Shown: in pieces, positions 18,456-26,678 of the stretch | Layout: every line of letters begins with the position of its first letter | Position numbering within the stretch: the first letter of the stretch is position 1 | Source of the DNA: an uncultured bacterium | GTDB taxonomy: Bacteria > Deinococcota > Deinococci > Deinococcales > Trueperaceae | Length of the DNA: 64,000 nucleotides | Reading direction: 5' to 3' | Assembly: GCA_964561595.1 (NCBI GenBank) | Contig: CAZLQH010000003.1 | Coordinates: 9,025-73,024 of the forward strand | The notes under the pieces: generated by a model | What the model was told of the DNA's origin: nothing | The model's database searches: none | The model's input: only the letters and a program-made list of their open reading frames with translations | Position numbers and translations under genes: made by a program

Positions 18456-18484
18456 TTGACACGAGGACACTCAGATCTTATGCT
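18456..18484 (+). promoter_or_regulatory. Sigma-70-type promoter of hsp20 (TTGACA-17 nt-TATGCT)
   Basis: TTGACA at 18456-18461 and TATGCT at 18479-18484 with an exact 17-nt spacer, about 75 nt upstream of the hsp20 ATG. An inverted repeat ACACTC-N14-GAGTGT (18467-18492) overlaps the spacer and -10. Confidence 0.55.
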
Positions 18485-18558
18485 TCGAGTGTGCGGCGTC
18501 GCGCCAGCGCCGAACGGCGCTCGCGGCGCCTCCGAACACCACTCGCAAGGAGGTTCTC

Positions 18559-19011
18559 ATGGCACTCGTCCGTACCCGCCCGATCCGCGACTGGGGCGTC
18601 GATCCCGAGGCGTTCGACTCGATCGATCGTCTGTTCGAGCGCATGTCGGCACCCGTCCTGAGCGCCACCGCGAACGCGGCGCAAGCGTCGCCGTTCGACC
18701 TGTACGAGACCGACGACGCGCTCGTGCTCGAGATGGCCGTGCCTGGCGTCTCCGCCGACCATCTCGACGTCAGCATCGAAGGGCGTCAGCTCTCGATCCG
18801 CGGCACGCTGCCCGAGGAAGACGATGGGGAGGAAGGCCGCCGGTACTGGACGCGCACCCTCCCGCGCGGCGAGATCGGCCGCACCATCAAGCTTCCCGCC
18901 GGCGTCGACGCCGAGGCCGTCACCGCACGCGTGCACGAAGGCGTGCTGACCCTCACGATGCCCAAGATCCAGGAGGCGAAGGTCAAGAAGATCGCGATCT
19001 CCCGCGACTGA
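18559..19011 (+). CDS. Small heat-shock protein (Hsp20/alpha-crystallin family)
   Basis: ORF 18559..19011(+), 150 aa, SD AAGGAGG. Alpha-crystallin domain FDLYETDDALVLEMAVPGV...LSIRG...GVLTLTMPK. Confidence 0.9.
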   Translation: MALVRTRPIRDWGVDPEAFDSIDRLFERMSAPVLSATANAAQASPFDLYETDDALVLEMAVPGVSADHLDVSIEGRQLSIRGTLPEEDDGEEGRRYWTRTLPRGEIGRTIKLPAGVDAEAVTARVHEGVLTLTMPKIQEAKVKKIAISRD

Positions 19012-19050
19012 GCCCGTCGCAGAGACGCAAAGCGCGCGATCGCTCGCACG

Positions 19051-19086
19051 CGAACGCGCCCCCGGAACCGATCGGGGGCGCGTTCG
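19051..19086. terminator. GC-rich hairpin between convergent hsp20 and ankyrin/M23 genes
   Basis: CGAACGCGCCCCC-N10-GGGGGCGCGTTCG, a 13-bp stem followed by GTCGTG. Candidate bidirectional terminator. Confidence 0.5.
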
Positions 19087-19161
19087 TCGTGCCGTGGTCG
19101 TGCGCGTCGTGCCCGCCGCGGGCCCGGAGACCGCGAGGCGCGCCGGCTCGGAAGCGCCGGC

Positions 19162-20316
19162 TCAGAACCGCAGCCCGCCGTCCGTGAACGGCGGCAGCGC
19201 CTCGAGCCCGAACACCTGCGCCGCGATGGCGTAGATCTCGGCCGGCTCGAGGCCCTGGCCGAGGTACCTCTCGTCGCCACGCCACAGCTCCACGTGCGGA
19301 TGCGGCCCGTCCTCCGTGCCCTGGACGGCCTCCGAGGTGCCCGAGTTGCCGGTGAACCCGATCACCGCTCCCTGCATCACGGGCGCGCCGGCCACGATGC
19401 CCTCCGCGACGCCGGAAAGGTGGGCGTAGCGCGTCACGAACCCACCCGCGTGGCGGATCCAGACCTGTCGCCCACGAAGCGCGTCGAGCACCTCCGGCGG
19501 CGTGTCGAGCGACCCCACGGCGCTGTCGATCAGGGCGTCGTACCCCGCCTGGTCCAGCTCGCGGTAGTCCACGTCCGCGCGGATCACCTCGCCCGACGCG
19601 GCGGCGCGTTGCGGCGTCCCGTACGCGATCTCGACACTGACCGTGCCGTCGTAGAAGTCGAACCCCTCGTGGGTGCCGTTGCGGTAGGCGCGCGGCGCGC
19701 CGGGCAGGTGGCTTGCCCGCGAGCTGATCGTGGCGCCGTCGATCGGGACCAGGTAGGCCGACGGCCAGCCGCGCGCGAACGCCTCGCCGCCCCGGAGCTC
19801 ACGAAGCGATGCGGGCCAGTCGGTCAGCTCCTCGAGTCGGGACCACAGGCCGCTGCCGCGCACGCCGGCGTTCCCTGCGGCCAGCTCCAGCGCCCTTCGG
19901 CCTTCGGCGTCGGCGACGTGCGGGTCCGAGCCGGCGTTCAGCAACAGGAGCGTGGTCGACGCGGTGGGCGCGGCGTCGGCTGCGAACATCAGCGCCGTCC
20001 AGCCGGTCTCGGACCGGGCGTGGACGTCGGCGCCCGCCGCGAGGAGGACACGGAGGGCGTCGTCGTGCCCCCCGGCGGCGGCCAGCATCAGCGCCGTCCG
20101 GCCGAACGGGTCGGCCCCGTCGAGCGGTGCGCCGCCGTCCAGGGCGAGTCGCGCTGCGGCGGGATCGCCGCTCTCGGCGGCGTCGAGCAGCACCGCCACC
20201 GGCGCCGCCTCCGCCGCGGGCGGTGACGCGCCGGGGAGGCCCACGACGCCGAAGCTCCAGAGGGCGGCGAACGCCGCGACGGAGAGGACCAGAACGATCG
20301 CGAGAGCTCGAAGCAT
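19162..20316 (-). CDS. Membrane-anchored or secreted ankyrin-repeat / M23 (LytM-type) metallopeptidase fusion protein
   Basis: ORF 19162..20316(-), 384 aa. N-terminal hydrophobic segment. Ankyrin repeats: GRTALMLAAAGGHDDALRVLLAAGADVHAR, GWTALMFAA. M23 motifs HEGFD (HxxxD) and GPHPHVE (HxH). A TAGCAT hexamer lies 6 nt upstream of the ATG. Confidence 0.85.
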   Translation of the reverse strand: MLRALAIVLVLSVAAFAALWSFGVVGLPGASPPAAEAAPVAVLLDAAESGDPAAARLALDGGAPLDGADPFGRTALMLAAAGGHDDALRVLLAAGADVHARSETGWTALMFAADAAPTASTTLLLLNAGSDPHVADAEGRRALELAAGNAGVRGSGLWSRLEELTDWPASLRELRGGEAFARGWPSAYLVPIDGATISSRASHLPGAPRAYRNGTHEGFDFYDGTVSVEIAYGTPQRAAASGEVIRADVDYRELDQAGYDALIDSAVGSLDTPPEVLDALRGRQVWIRHAGGFVTRYAHLSGVAEGIVAGAPVMQGAVIGFTGNSGTSEAVQGTEDGPHPHVELWRGDERYLGQGLEPAEIYAIAAQVFGLEALPPFTDGGLRF

Positions 20317-20415
20317 GCCGAGATGCTACCGCGGCTCCACGAGCCTCCGATGAGCCGCCCGGGCCCGCGTCGTGGGCCGCAGCAGGGGGCTACGAGGGTG
20401 ACGTATGGTGGGCGG

Positions 20416-21816
20416 ATGCGTCGGCCCTCCCTCCTCCTCGTACGTCGTGAGCTGCTGGACCTGATGGGGGTCGCGGGGCCGTTGATCCTGGCGCAGCTCG
20501 CGCAGATGAGCATGAGCTTCGTCGACACGCTGATGGCGGGACGGCTCGGCCAGGACGCCCTGGCCGGGATCGCACTGGGCAGCGTGGTCTACCAGCTGAT
20601 CACCATCGTGTCGATGGGCGTGCTGTTCTCCGTCGCGCCGCTGGTGTCGCAGGCGTTCGGCGCGGGCGACCAGGACGGGGCCGGACGGGCCGCACGTCAG
20701 GGCTTGTGGCTCGCCGCGCTGCTGTCCGTACCCGGCTTCGTGCTGTTCCGCAGCGCCGAGCCGCTCCTTCTGGCGTTGGGACAGGAGCCCGAGGCGGCGG
20801 CGCTGGCGGCCGGCTACCTGGCAGCCGCCGCGTTCGGGTTCCTGCCCTCGTTGCTGCTCACCGCGCTGCGAGGCTTCCTCGAGGGCCTCTCCGACACCCG
20901 GCCGATCATGGTCGTTCTGTTCGTCGGCATCGCGCTCAACGTGGCGGCCAACAACGCGTTCATGTTCGGCCGCTGGGGATTCCCCGAGCTGGGGCTGGTC
21001 GGAACGGGCGTCGCGACCGCCATCGTGTACACGGTGATGGCGATCGCGGCCGGCACCTACGTCGCCGTGCGCTACCGCGCGTATCGCGTGCTCCGGGGGC
21101 TGCGGCGTCCCGACCCGACCGTGCTTCGCGAGCTGTTCCGGGTGGGCTGGCCGATCGGGCTGACGCTGGGCTTCGAGGGAGGACTGTTCTCGTTCACGGC
21201 GCTGCTGATGGGCCTGTTCGGGCAGGCGGCCCTCGCGGGGCATCAGATCGCGATCCAGGCCGCTTCGGTGACGTTCATGATTCCCGTCGGACTGGCGATC
21301 GCGACCGGCGTCCGCGTCGGTCAGGCGGTCGGTCGTGGGGACACGGCCGGGGTGCGTCGCGCAGGCATGACCGGCATCGTGTCGGCGGTAGCGGTGATGC
21401 TCGGAACGGCCGCGCTGTTCCGGTTCGCACCCCGCCTGGTCGCAGCGGTGTTCCTGAACCCGGACGATCCGGCGAACGCCGACGCGATCGGCTACGCCGT
21501 GACGTTCCTGAGCATCGCGGCGCTGTTCCAGGTGGTCGACGGAATCCAGGTCGCCGCGTCGGGGGCGCTGCGCGGCCTGCGCGACACCCGCGTGCCGATG
21601 GTGATCTCGCTGGTGGCGTACTGGCTGATCGGCATGACGGTGTCGACGCTCCTGGCGTTCCCCCTGGGCTACGAGGGGCGCGGCCTGTGGGCCGGCCTCG
21701 TGGCCGGACTGGGCGTGGCCGCCGTGCTCCTGTTGCGGCGGTTCCTGCGCCTCTCGTCCCCCGCGTCGCCGTCGATGCGGCGCATGGCCACGATCGGGCG
21801 TGGGGTACACTCCTGA
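20416..21816 (+). CDS. MATE-family multidrug efflux transporter
   Basis: Part of ORF 20323..21816(+). ATG 20416 lies 6 nt after a TATGGT hexamer (MRRPSLLLVRRELLDLMGVAGPLILAQLAQMSMSFVDTLMAG...). 12 TM segments, NorM-like. Confidence 0.85.
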   Translation: MRRPSLLLVRRELLDLMGVAGPLILAQLAQMSMSFVDTLMAGRLGQDALAGIALGSVVYQLITIVSMGVLFSVAPLVSQAFGAGDQDGAGRAARQGLWLAALLSVPGFVLFRSAEPLLLALGQEPEAAALAAGYLAAAAFGFLPSLLLTALRGFLEGLSDTRPIMVVLFVGIALNVAANNAFMFGRWGFPELGLVGTGVATAIVYTVMAIAAGTYVAVRYRAYRVLRGLRRPDPTVLRELFRVGWPIGLTLGFEGGLFSFTALLMGLFGQAALAGHQIAIQAASVTFMIPVGLAIATGVRVGQAVGRGDTAGVRRAGMTGIVSAVAVMLGTAALFRFAPRLVAAVFLNPDDPANADAIGYAVTFLSIAALFQVVDGIQVAASGALRGLRDTRVPMVISLVAYWLIGMTVSTLLAFPLGYEGRGLWAGLVAGLGVAAVLLLRRFLRLSSPASPSMRRMATIGRGVHS

Positions 21817-21818
21817 GC

Positions 21819-21947
21819 GTGGGAACGCTCGCTTCGATCACCTTCTATGCCGTCATCGTCCTGGTCGCCATGACCGCAGCCGCGGGGATCTTCTCGTTTC
21901 TCGGCATCTGGCTGTCCGAACAGTCCGAGGAGGACGCAGGCCACTGA
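21819..21947 (+). CDS. Small single-pass membrane protein (42 aa)
   Basis: Tail of track ORF 20706..21947. GTG 21819 lies 7 nt after a TACACT hexamer (21806-21811). VGTLASITFYAVIVLVAMTAAAGIFSFLGIWLSEQSEEDAGH is one TM helix plus an acidic tail. Third-codon positions are about 85% G/C in this frame, while the overlapping frame of ORF 21800.. is T/A-rich at position 3. Confidence 0.5.
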   Translation: MGTLASITFYAVIVLVAMTAAAGIFSFLGIWLSEQSEEDAGH

Positions 21948-22549
21948 GTCGCGCCGGCCTCGCAGGTCGCCTCGCGACCTCGCTCCGCGCCTACCTGAAC
22001 GACCGCGCCGTCTCGTCCGGGACGGCGTACGGCGTTCTGCGCGGCGCGTTTCTGGCGACGTTCGCGGCGCAGGCGGTGGTCGCAGGGGCGGTCGCGCTCG
22101 CCGCGGTCGCACTGGCAGGCCGGAACGTCGCTCCGAGCCCGTGGATCGCGCTGGTGCTGATCGTGGCCGCGGCGGGCCAGGTCGCGGTCGGCGGCGCAAT
22201 GGGCGCTTACGGCGTGCGGCAGGCGGGCCGTCTGGCCCGCGGCCTGGCGCTGCACCGGGTCGCCGCGCGGACGGCCGACGAAACGGCGGACGCGTCGAGC
22301 GACGACGGTAGGGAAGCGGAGATCGACGAGCACCGGCGGGTTCGCGTCGCCCGTAGCTCGGCGCTGTCCCAAACGCTGCTCTCGGCGGTGTTGCTGTCGA
22401 CGCCCAGCTGGTTCGTCGCGTTCGCCTGGGCCACCGGCCAGAGCGCGATCACGCTCCTGGCGCTGCTCGCCACGGCCGCGTTCGGGATCGCGGTCGGGAC
22501 GATGCAGATCGGAGCTTTGGCGCGAGCGGTGACGTTGCGCGAACGCTAG
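21944..22549 (+). CDS. Hypothetical multi-pass membrane protein; start unresolved
   Basis: 3' part of ORF 21800..22549(+). The coding signal (GC3) in this frame begins only at about 21944. No ATG/GTG/TTG occurs between 21947 and 22074; the only candidate is a CTG at 21944 overlapping the small ORF stop (CTGA). Hydrophobic segments: VVAGAVALAAVALAG, WIALVLIVAAAG, LLSAVLLSTPSWFVAFAW, ITLLALLATAAFGIAV. Confidence 0.5.
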   Translation: MSRAGLAGRLATSLRAYLNDRAVSSGTAYGVLRGAFLATFAAQAVVAGAVALAAVALAGRNVAPSPWIALVLIVAAAGQVAVGGAMGAYGVRQAGRLARGLALHRVAARTADETADASSDDGREAEIDEHRRVRVARSSALSQTLLSAVLLSTPSWFVAFAWATGQSAITLLALLATAAFGIAVGTMQIGALARAVTLRER

Positions 22550-23103
22550 GCCCCGCTCGCGCCGCCGGCGTCGGACCCGTTTCCCGACTGCTGTTCGAAC
22601 CAGGCCCGCCAGTCCCAGCTGCTCTTGTGCACCCGCGCCAGCTGGAACGTCTCCGTGGTCTCGATGCCCGGAACCTCGTTCGGGAGTCGCTCGGACACGA
22701 ACTCGTGGAGCGCGTCGATGCTCGGATGCAAGGTCTGGATGATGAGGTCCGCCGATCCGAAGCTGCTGCCGACGAAGCGGACGTTGGGCAGCGCCGTGAG
22801 CGCCTCGGCCGCCTCCTGAGAGCGGCCCGCGCGGGTACGGATCAGCGTGATCGCCGTGACGGGCACGCCCAGCTTGAGCGGATCGCCGACAGCGGTGATG
22901 CGGATCCAGCCCGACTGCACCAGCCGCTGCACGCGCGATCGCACGGTCGCCTCGGCCACGCCGAGGTCGCGCGCGATCTCGCGGTAGGGACGTCGCCCGT
23001 CGTCTTCGAGCGCCATGATGATGCGTTGATCGAGCCGATCGAGGTCCAAGACAGCCCGCCTCCGAGTCGTCGAGTGTCGCCGCGTCGCGAGGACGCCGCG
23101 CAT
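22546..23103 (-). CDS. Lrp/AsnC-family transcriptional regulator
   Basis: ORF 22546..23103(-), 185 aa. HTH LDRLDQRIIMALEDDGRRPYREIARDLGVAEATVRSRVQRL followed by an AsnC-type ligand-binding (RAM) domain. Divergent from the peptide ABC operon. The 4-nt stop overlaps the convergent upstream gene. Confidence 0.85.
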   Translation of the reverse strand: MRGVLATRRHSTTRRRAVLDLDRLDQRIIMALEDDGRRPYREIARDLGVAEATVRSRVQRLVQSGWIRITAVGDPLKLGVPVTAITLIRTRAGRSQEAAEALTALPNVRFVGSSFGSADLIIQTLHPSIDALHEFVSERLPNEVPGIETTETFQLARVHKSSWDWRAWFEQQSGNGSDAGGASGA

Positions 23104-23127
23104 GGATGTTGCTCGACCGTATCACGG

Positions 23128-23142
23128 CTGCGCATTGCGCAG
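23128..23142. promoter_or_regulatory. Inverted repeat CTGCGCA-T-TGCGCAG, one of four TGCGCA hexamers in the Lrp/ABC divergent region
   Basis: TGCGCA occurs at 23129, 23136, 23168 and 23192 within 70 nt. The first two form a perfect 7-bp-arm palindrome about 25 nt upstream of the lrp-type ATG. Candidate operator. Confidence 0.45.
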
Positions 23143-23160
23143 CAAGATAGGGCGTGCATA

Positions 23161-23190
23161 TTGACAATGCGCAACGACACGCCGTAGTCT
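23161..23190 (+). promoter_or_regulatory. Candidate promoter of the peptide ABC operon (TTGACA-18 nt-TAGTCT)
   Basis: TTGACA at 23161-23166 and TAGTCT at 23185-23190. A TGCGCA hexamer lies in the spacer. The 5' UTR to ATG 23289 would be about 95 nt, and that ATG has a GAGGGAGG SD. Confidence 0.4.
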
Positions 23191-23288
23191 CTGCGCAAGC
23201 CGTGGCGGGGCGCGGATCTCCGGAGTCGCACGATCCGGTCCCCTCGCGTTGGCCGGGCCGCGTCTCTGCGGTCCGTGAGGGAGGTTCC

Positions 23289-24788
23289 ATGAAGCGTCTC
23301 GTCCCGATGGTGTTCCTGCTTCTCCTGCTCGGCGGCGCCTTCGCGCAGAACGACGTCCGCGTCGGCCTGGCGGAGGATCCCGACGTCCTCGACCCCGACC
23401 TGGGCCGCACCTACGTCGGTCGCATCGTGTTCGCCAGCATGTGCGACAAGCTGTTCGAGATCACGCCCGACCTGGAGATCTTCCCGCAGCTCGCCGCCGG
23501 CTTCGAGGTCGCGGACGACGGCCTCTCGATGACGATCGACGTCCGCTCCGGGGTGGTGTTCCACGACGGGACGCCGTTCGACGCCGAAGCGCTGAAGTAC
23601 AACCTCGATCGCTCCAAGACGTTGCCCGGCTCCAATCGCGCCAGCGAGCTCGCGCAGGTCCAGTCGGTCGAGATCGTCGACGCGGACACGGTGCGTCTGA
23701 ACCTGAGCCAGCCGTTCGCGCCGCTGATCGCGCTGCTCGCCGACCGCTCGGGCATGATGGTCTCGCCGACCGCCGCCGAGGAGCTGGGCGAGGAGTTCGG
23801 CCGCTCGCCCGTCTGCGCCGGCCCGTTCCGCTTCGTCGAGCGCATCGCGCAGGACCGGATCGTGCTCGAGCGCTTCGCCGACTACTGGGACGCGGACGCC
23901 GTCGCGATCGACAGCGTCACGTTCCTCCCCATCCCCGACAGCAGCGTCCGCCTGGCCAACCTGCAGGCCGGCGACCTGGAGATCATCGAGCGGGCCGCCC
24001 CGACCGACCTGGGCATCATCCGCTCCGACGACGGCCTGGCCCTCCCCAGCGCCGCCAGCCTGGGCTACCAGGGGATCACCGTCAATATCTCGAACCCGGA
24101 GCAGCGCGATCACCCGCTTTCCGCGGATCCGCGCGTGCGCGAAGCGCTCGAGCTCGCGATCGACCGCAACGTGGTCAACGACGTCGTGTTCGGCGGCGAG
24201 TTCATCGTCGGCAACCAGCCGGTCCCGCCGAGCAGCCCCTGGTACATCAGCGAGTACCCCATGACGGAGTACGACCCCGAGCGGGCGCGCGCCCTGCTGG
24301 ACGAGGCCGGCTACGACCGCGTCGCGTTCGAGCTGATGGTCGCCAACAACCCGCAGTCCGTCCGCCTGGGCGAGGTCGTCCAAGCGCTGGGCGCGCAGGT
24401 CGGCTTCGACGTCAGCGTGCGCTCGACCGAGTTCGCGACCGCCCTCGATCTGCAGGAGCAGGGCGCGTACGACACGTTCCAGGTCGGCTGGTCCGGCCGC
24501 CTCGATCCCGACGGAAACATTCACCAGTACCACACCTGCACGGGCAACCTGAACGAGACCGGGTACTGCGACGAGGAGACCACGCGCCTGCTGAACGAGG
24601 CGCGCGGCGCGACCGGCTTCGAGGCCCGCTACGAGCTGTACCGCGATGCGGCGCTGCGCTACCTGCCCAACCGCCACATCATCTACCTCTACCACCAGCA
24701 GCTGTTCTTCCCGCACACGACCGACCTGGCCGGCTTCGAGGCCTACCCCGACGGCATCATCCGCTTCCAGGGCGTGACGCTCCAGTAA
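23289..24788 (+). CDS. ABC transporter substrate-binding protein, family 5 (DppA/OppA/GsiB-like peptide binding)
   Basis: Part of ORF 23154..24788(+). ATG 23289 with an SD. Signal peptide MKRLVPMVFLLLLLGGAFAQ. Family-5 blocks: DPDLGRTYVGR, VVFHDGTPFDAEA, LERFADYWD. Confidence 0.9.
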   Translation: MKRLVPMVFLLLLLGGAFAQNDVRVGLAEDPDVLDPDLGRTYVGRIVFASMCDKLFEITPDLEIFPQLAAGFEVADDGLSMTIDVRSGVVFHDGTPFDAEALKYNLDRSKTLPGSNRASELAQVQSVEIVDADTVRLNLSQPFAPLIALLADRSGMMVSPTAAEELGEEFGRSPVCAGPFRFVERIAQDRIVLERFADYWDADAVAIDSVTFLPIPDSSVRLANLQAGDLEIIERAAPTDLGIIRSDDGLALPSAASLGYQGITVNISNPEQRDHPLSADPRVREALELAIDRNVVNDVVFGGEFIVGNQPVPPSSPWYISEYPMTEYDPERARALLDEAGYDRVAFELMVANNPQSVRLGEVVQALGAQVGFDVSVRSTEFATALDLQEQGAYDTFQVGWSGRLDPDGNIHQYHTCTGNLNETGYCDEETTRLLNEARGATGFEARYELYRDAALRYLPNRHIIYLYHQQLFFPHTTDLAGFEAYPDGIIRFQGVTLQ

Positions 24789-24849
24789 GACGCCGCACCG
24801 CACGGGCAGGGGCGGGCCGCGGCCCGCCCCTGCCCGTCCGAGGAGAGAT

Positions 24850-25800
24850 GTGCTCCCCTTCATCCTGCAGCGCGTCCTCACCGCGATCCCGACCTTGCTG
24901 ATCGTCACGGTGATGGTGTTCGGCATCCAGCGGGCCCTGCCCGGCGATCCGGCGGTCATCCTCGCCGGCGAGCAGCAGGACCCCGAGGTGATCGCCTTCA
25001 TTAGGGCCAAGTACCGGCTCGACGAGCCCGTCCCCATCCAATATCTCGCTTGGCTCGGCCAGCTCGCGCGCGGCGACCTCGGGTCGTCGATGCGCACCGG
25101 CGAGCCCGTCTCTTCGCTGATCTTCTCCAAGCTGCCCGTCACCGTCGAGCTGTCGCTGCTCTCGATCCTCGTCGCCGTCGCGATCGCCCTGCCCGCCGGC
25201 GTCGTCGCTGCCGCCCGAAAGAACAGCGCCTTGGACGTGACCGGAACGATCCTGGCGCTGTCCGGGCTGTCGATCCCGAACTTCTGGCTCGGCATCATGC
25301 TGATCCTGCTCGTGTCCGTCAACCTGGGCTGGCTGCCCGCGTCCGGCTACGTCTCGCTGTTCGACGATCCGGTCGAGAACCTCCGCCGCATGGTCATGCC
25401 CGCCTTCGTCCTGGGGACCGGCCTCGCGGCGGTGCTGATGCGTCAGATGCGCTCGGCGATGCTCGAGGTGCTGAGCCAGGACTACGTTCGCACGGCGAAG
25501 GCGAAAGGCACCTCCGCCATCACGGTGCTGATCCGCCACGCGATGCGCAACGCGCTCATCCCGGTCGTCACCATCCTGGGCCTTCAGCTGGGGACGCTGC
25601 TCTCGGGCGCCGTCCTGACCGAGCAGGTGTTCACGATTCCCGGATTCGGCAAGCTGGTCGTGGACGCCGTGTTCAACCGCGACTACGCGGTCGTGCAAGG
25701 TGTCGTGCTGTTCACCGCTACGGCATACATCGCCATCAACCTGGTCGTCGACGTGCTGTACGCGGTGCTGGATCCGCGCATCTCCGGGAGCCGGGCATGA
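24850..25800 (+). CDS. ABC peptide transporter permease (DppB/GsiC-like)
   Basis: ORF 24850..25800(+), GTG start with a GAGGAGAG SD. MLPFILQRVLTAIPTLLIVTVMVF and the EAA loop region YVRTAKAKG. Confidence 0.9.
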   Translation: MLPFILQRVLTAIPTLLIVTVMVFGIQRALPGDPAVILAGEQQDPEVIAFIRAKYRLDEPVPIQYLAWLGQLARGDLGSSMRTGEPVSSLIFSKLPVTVELSLLSILVAVAIALPAGVVAAARKNSALDVTGTILALSGLSIPNFWLGIMLILLVSVNLGWLPASGYVSLFDDPVENLRRMVMPAFVLGTGLAAVLMRQMRSAMLEVLSQDYVRTAKAKGTSAITVLIRHAMRNALIPVVTILGLQLGTLLSGAVLTEQVFTIPGFGKLVVDAVFNRDYAVVQGVVLFTATAYIAINLVVDVLYAVLDPRISGSRA

Positions 25801-26678
25801 CGCGCGCCGTCGCGACGCCACAGCCGGGGCCGCTCCGCTCGGTGCTGCGCTCGCGCCCCGTGAAGCGGCTGCTGGCTCGGCCGCTGGCCGTGATCGGGGG
25901 CGTGATCGTGCTCCTGTTCGTGGCGCTGGCCGTGTTCGCGCCCTGGATCGCTCCGTACGACCCGGCGGCGCCCGACTTCCTGGCCGTGCGGCAGCCGCCC
26001 AGCGAGGCGTACCTGCTGGGTACCGACGAGATCGGCCGGGACCTGCTCTCCCGCGTCGTGTTCGGGGCGCGCGCCAGCCTGATCGCCGGCGTGATCTCGG
26101 TCGCCATCGCGATGCTGGCCGGCGTTCCGCTGGGCCTGCTCGCCGGGTTCTACGGCGGCTGGATCGACGAGGCGATCATGCGCGTCACCGACGCGCTCCT
26201 GTCGTTTCCGTTCCTGATCCTCGCCGTGGCGCTGGCCGCCGCGCTGGGGCCGAGCCTCGAGAACGCCATGATCGCGATCGGGATCGCCGTGACGCCTACC
26301 TTCGTGCGGCTCACGCGAGGGCAGGTTCTGGCCGTGAAGGGCTCCGAGTACGTACAGGCGGCCAGGGCGCTCGGGGCGGGCGACGCCCGGATCCTGTCGT
26401 TCCACGTCCTCCCCAACGCGTTCGCGCCGATCCTCGTCCAGGCCACCGTCACGATCGCGCAGGCGATCATCGCCGAGTCGTCGCTGTCGTTCCTCGGACT
26501 CGGCGTGCAGCCGCCGGTCCCCAGCTGGGGAGGGATGCTGAACACGGCGAAGAACTTCCTGGTGCAGGCGCCGTGGATGGCGGTCTGGCCGGGCGTGTCG
26601 ATCTTCCTGACGGTGCTGGCGTTCAACCTGTTCGGCGACGGGCTGCGGGACGCGTTCGACCCGAGAGACGTCACGTGA
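25797..26678 (+). CDS. ABC peptide transporter permease (DppC/GsiD-like)
   Basis: 3' part of ORF 25050..26678(+). ATG 25797 overlaps the stop of the previous permease (ATGA). Blocks: LGTDEIGRDLLSRVVFGAR, YVQAARALGA. Confidence 0.9.
   Translation: MTRAVATPQPGPLRSVLRSRPVKRLLARPLAVIGGVIVLLFVALAVFAPWIAPYDPAAPDFLAVRQPPSEAYLLGTDEIGRDLLSRVVFGARASLIAGVISVAIAMLAGVPLGLLAGFYGGWIDEAIMRVTDALLSFPFLILAVALAAALGPSLENAMIAIGIAVTPTFVRLTRGQVLAVKGSEYVQAARALGAGDARILSFHVLPNAFAPILVQATVTIAQAIIAESSLSFLGLGVQPPVPSWGGMLNTAKNFLVQAPWMAVWPGVSIFLTVLAFNLFGDGLRDAFDPRDVT

Noticed and set aside
18467-18492. Whether the hsp20 inverted repeat is a HAIR (HspR) or CIRCE (HrcA) element.
   Set aside because: The half-sites ACACTC/GAGTGT and the 14-nt spacing do not match CTTGAGT-N7-ACTCAAG or the CIRCE 9-N9-9 consensus as I recall them. 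I report it only as a generic candidate operator.
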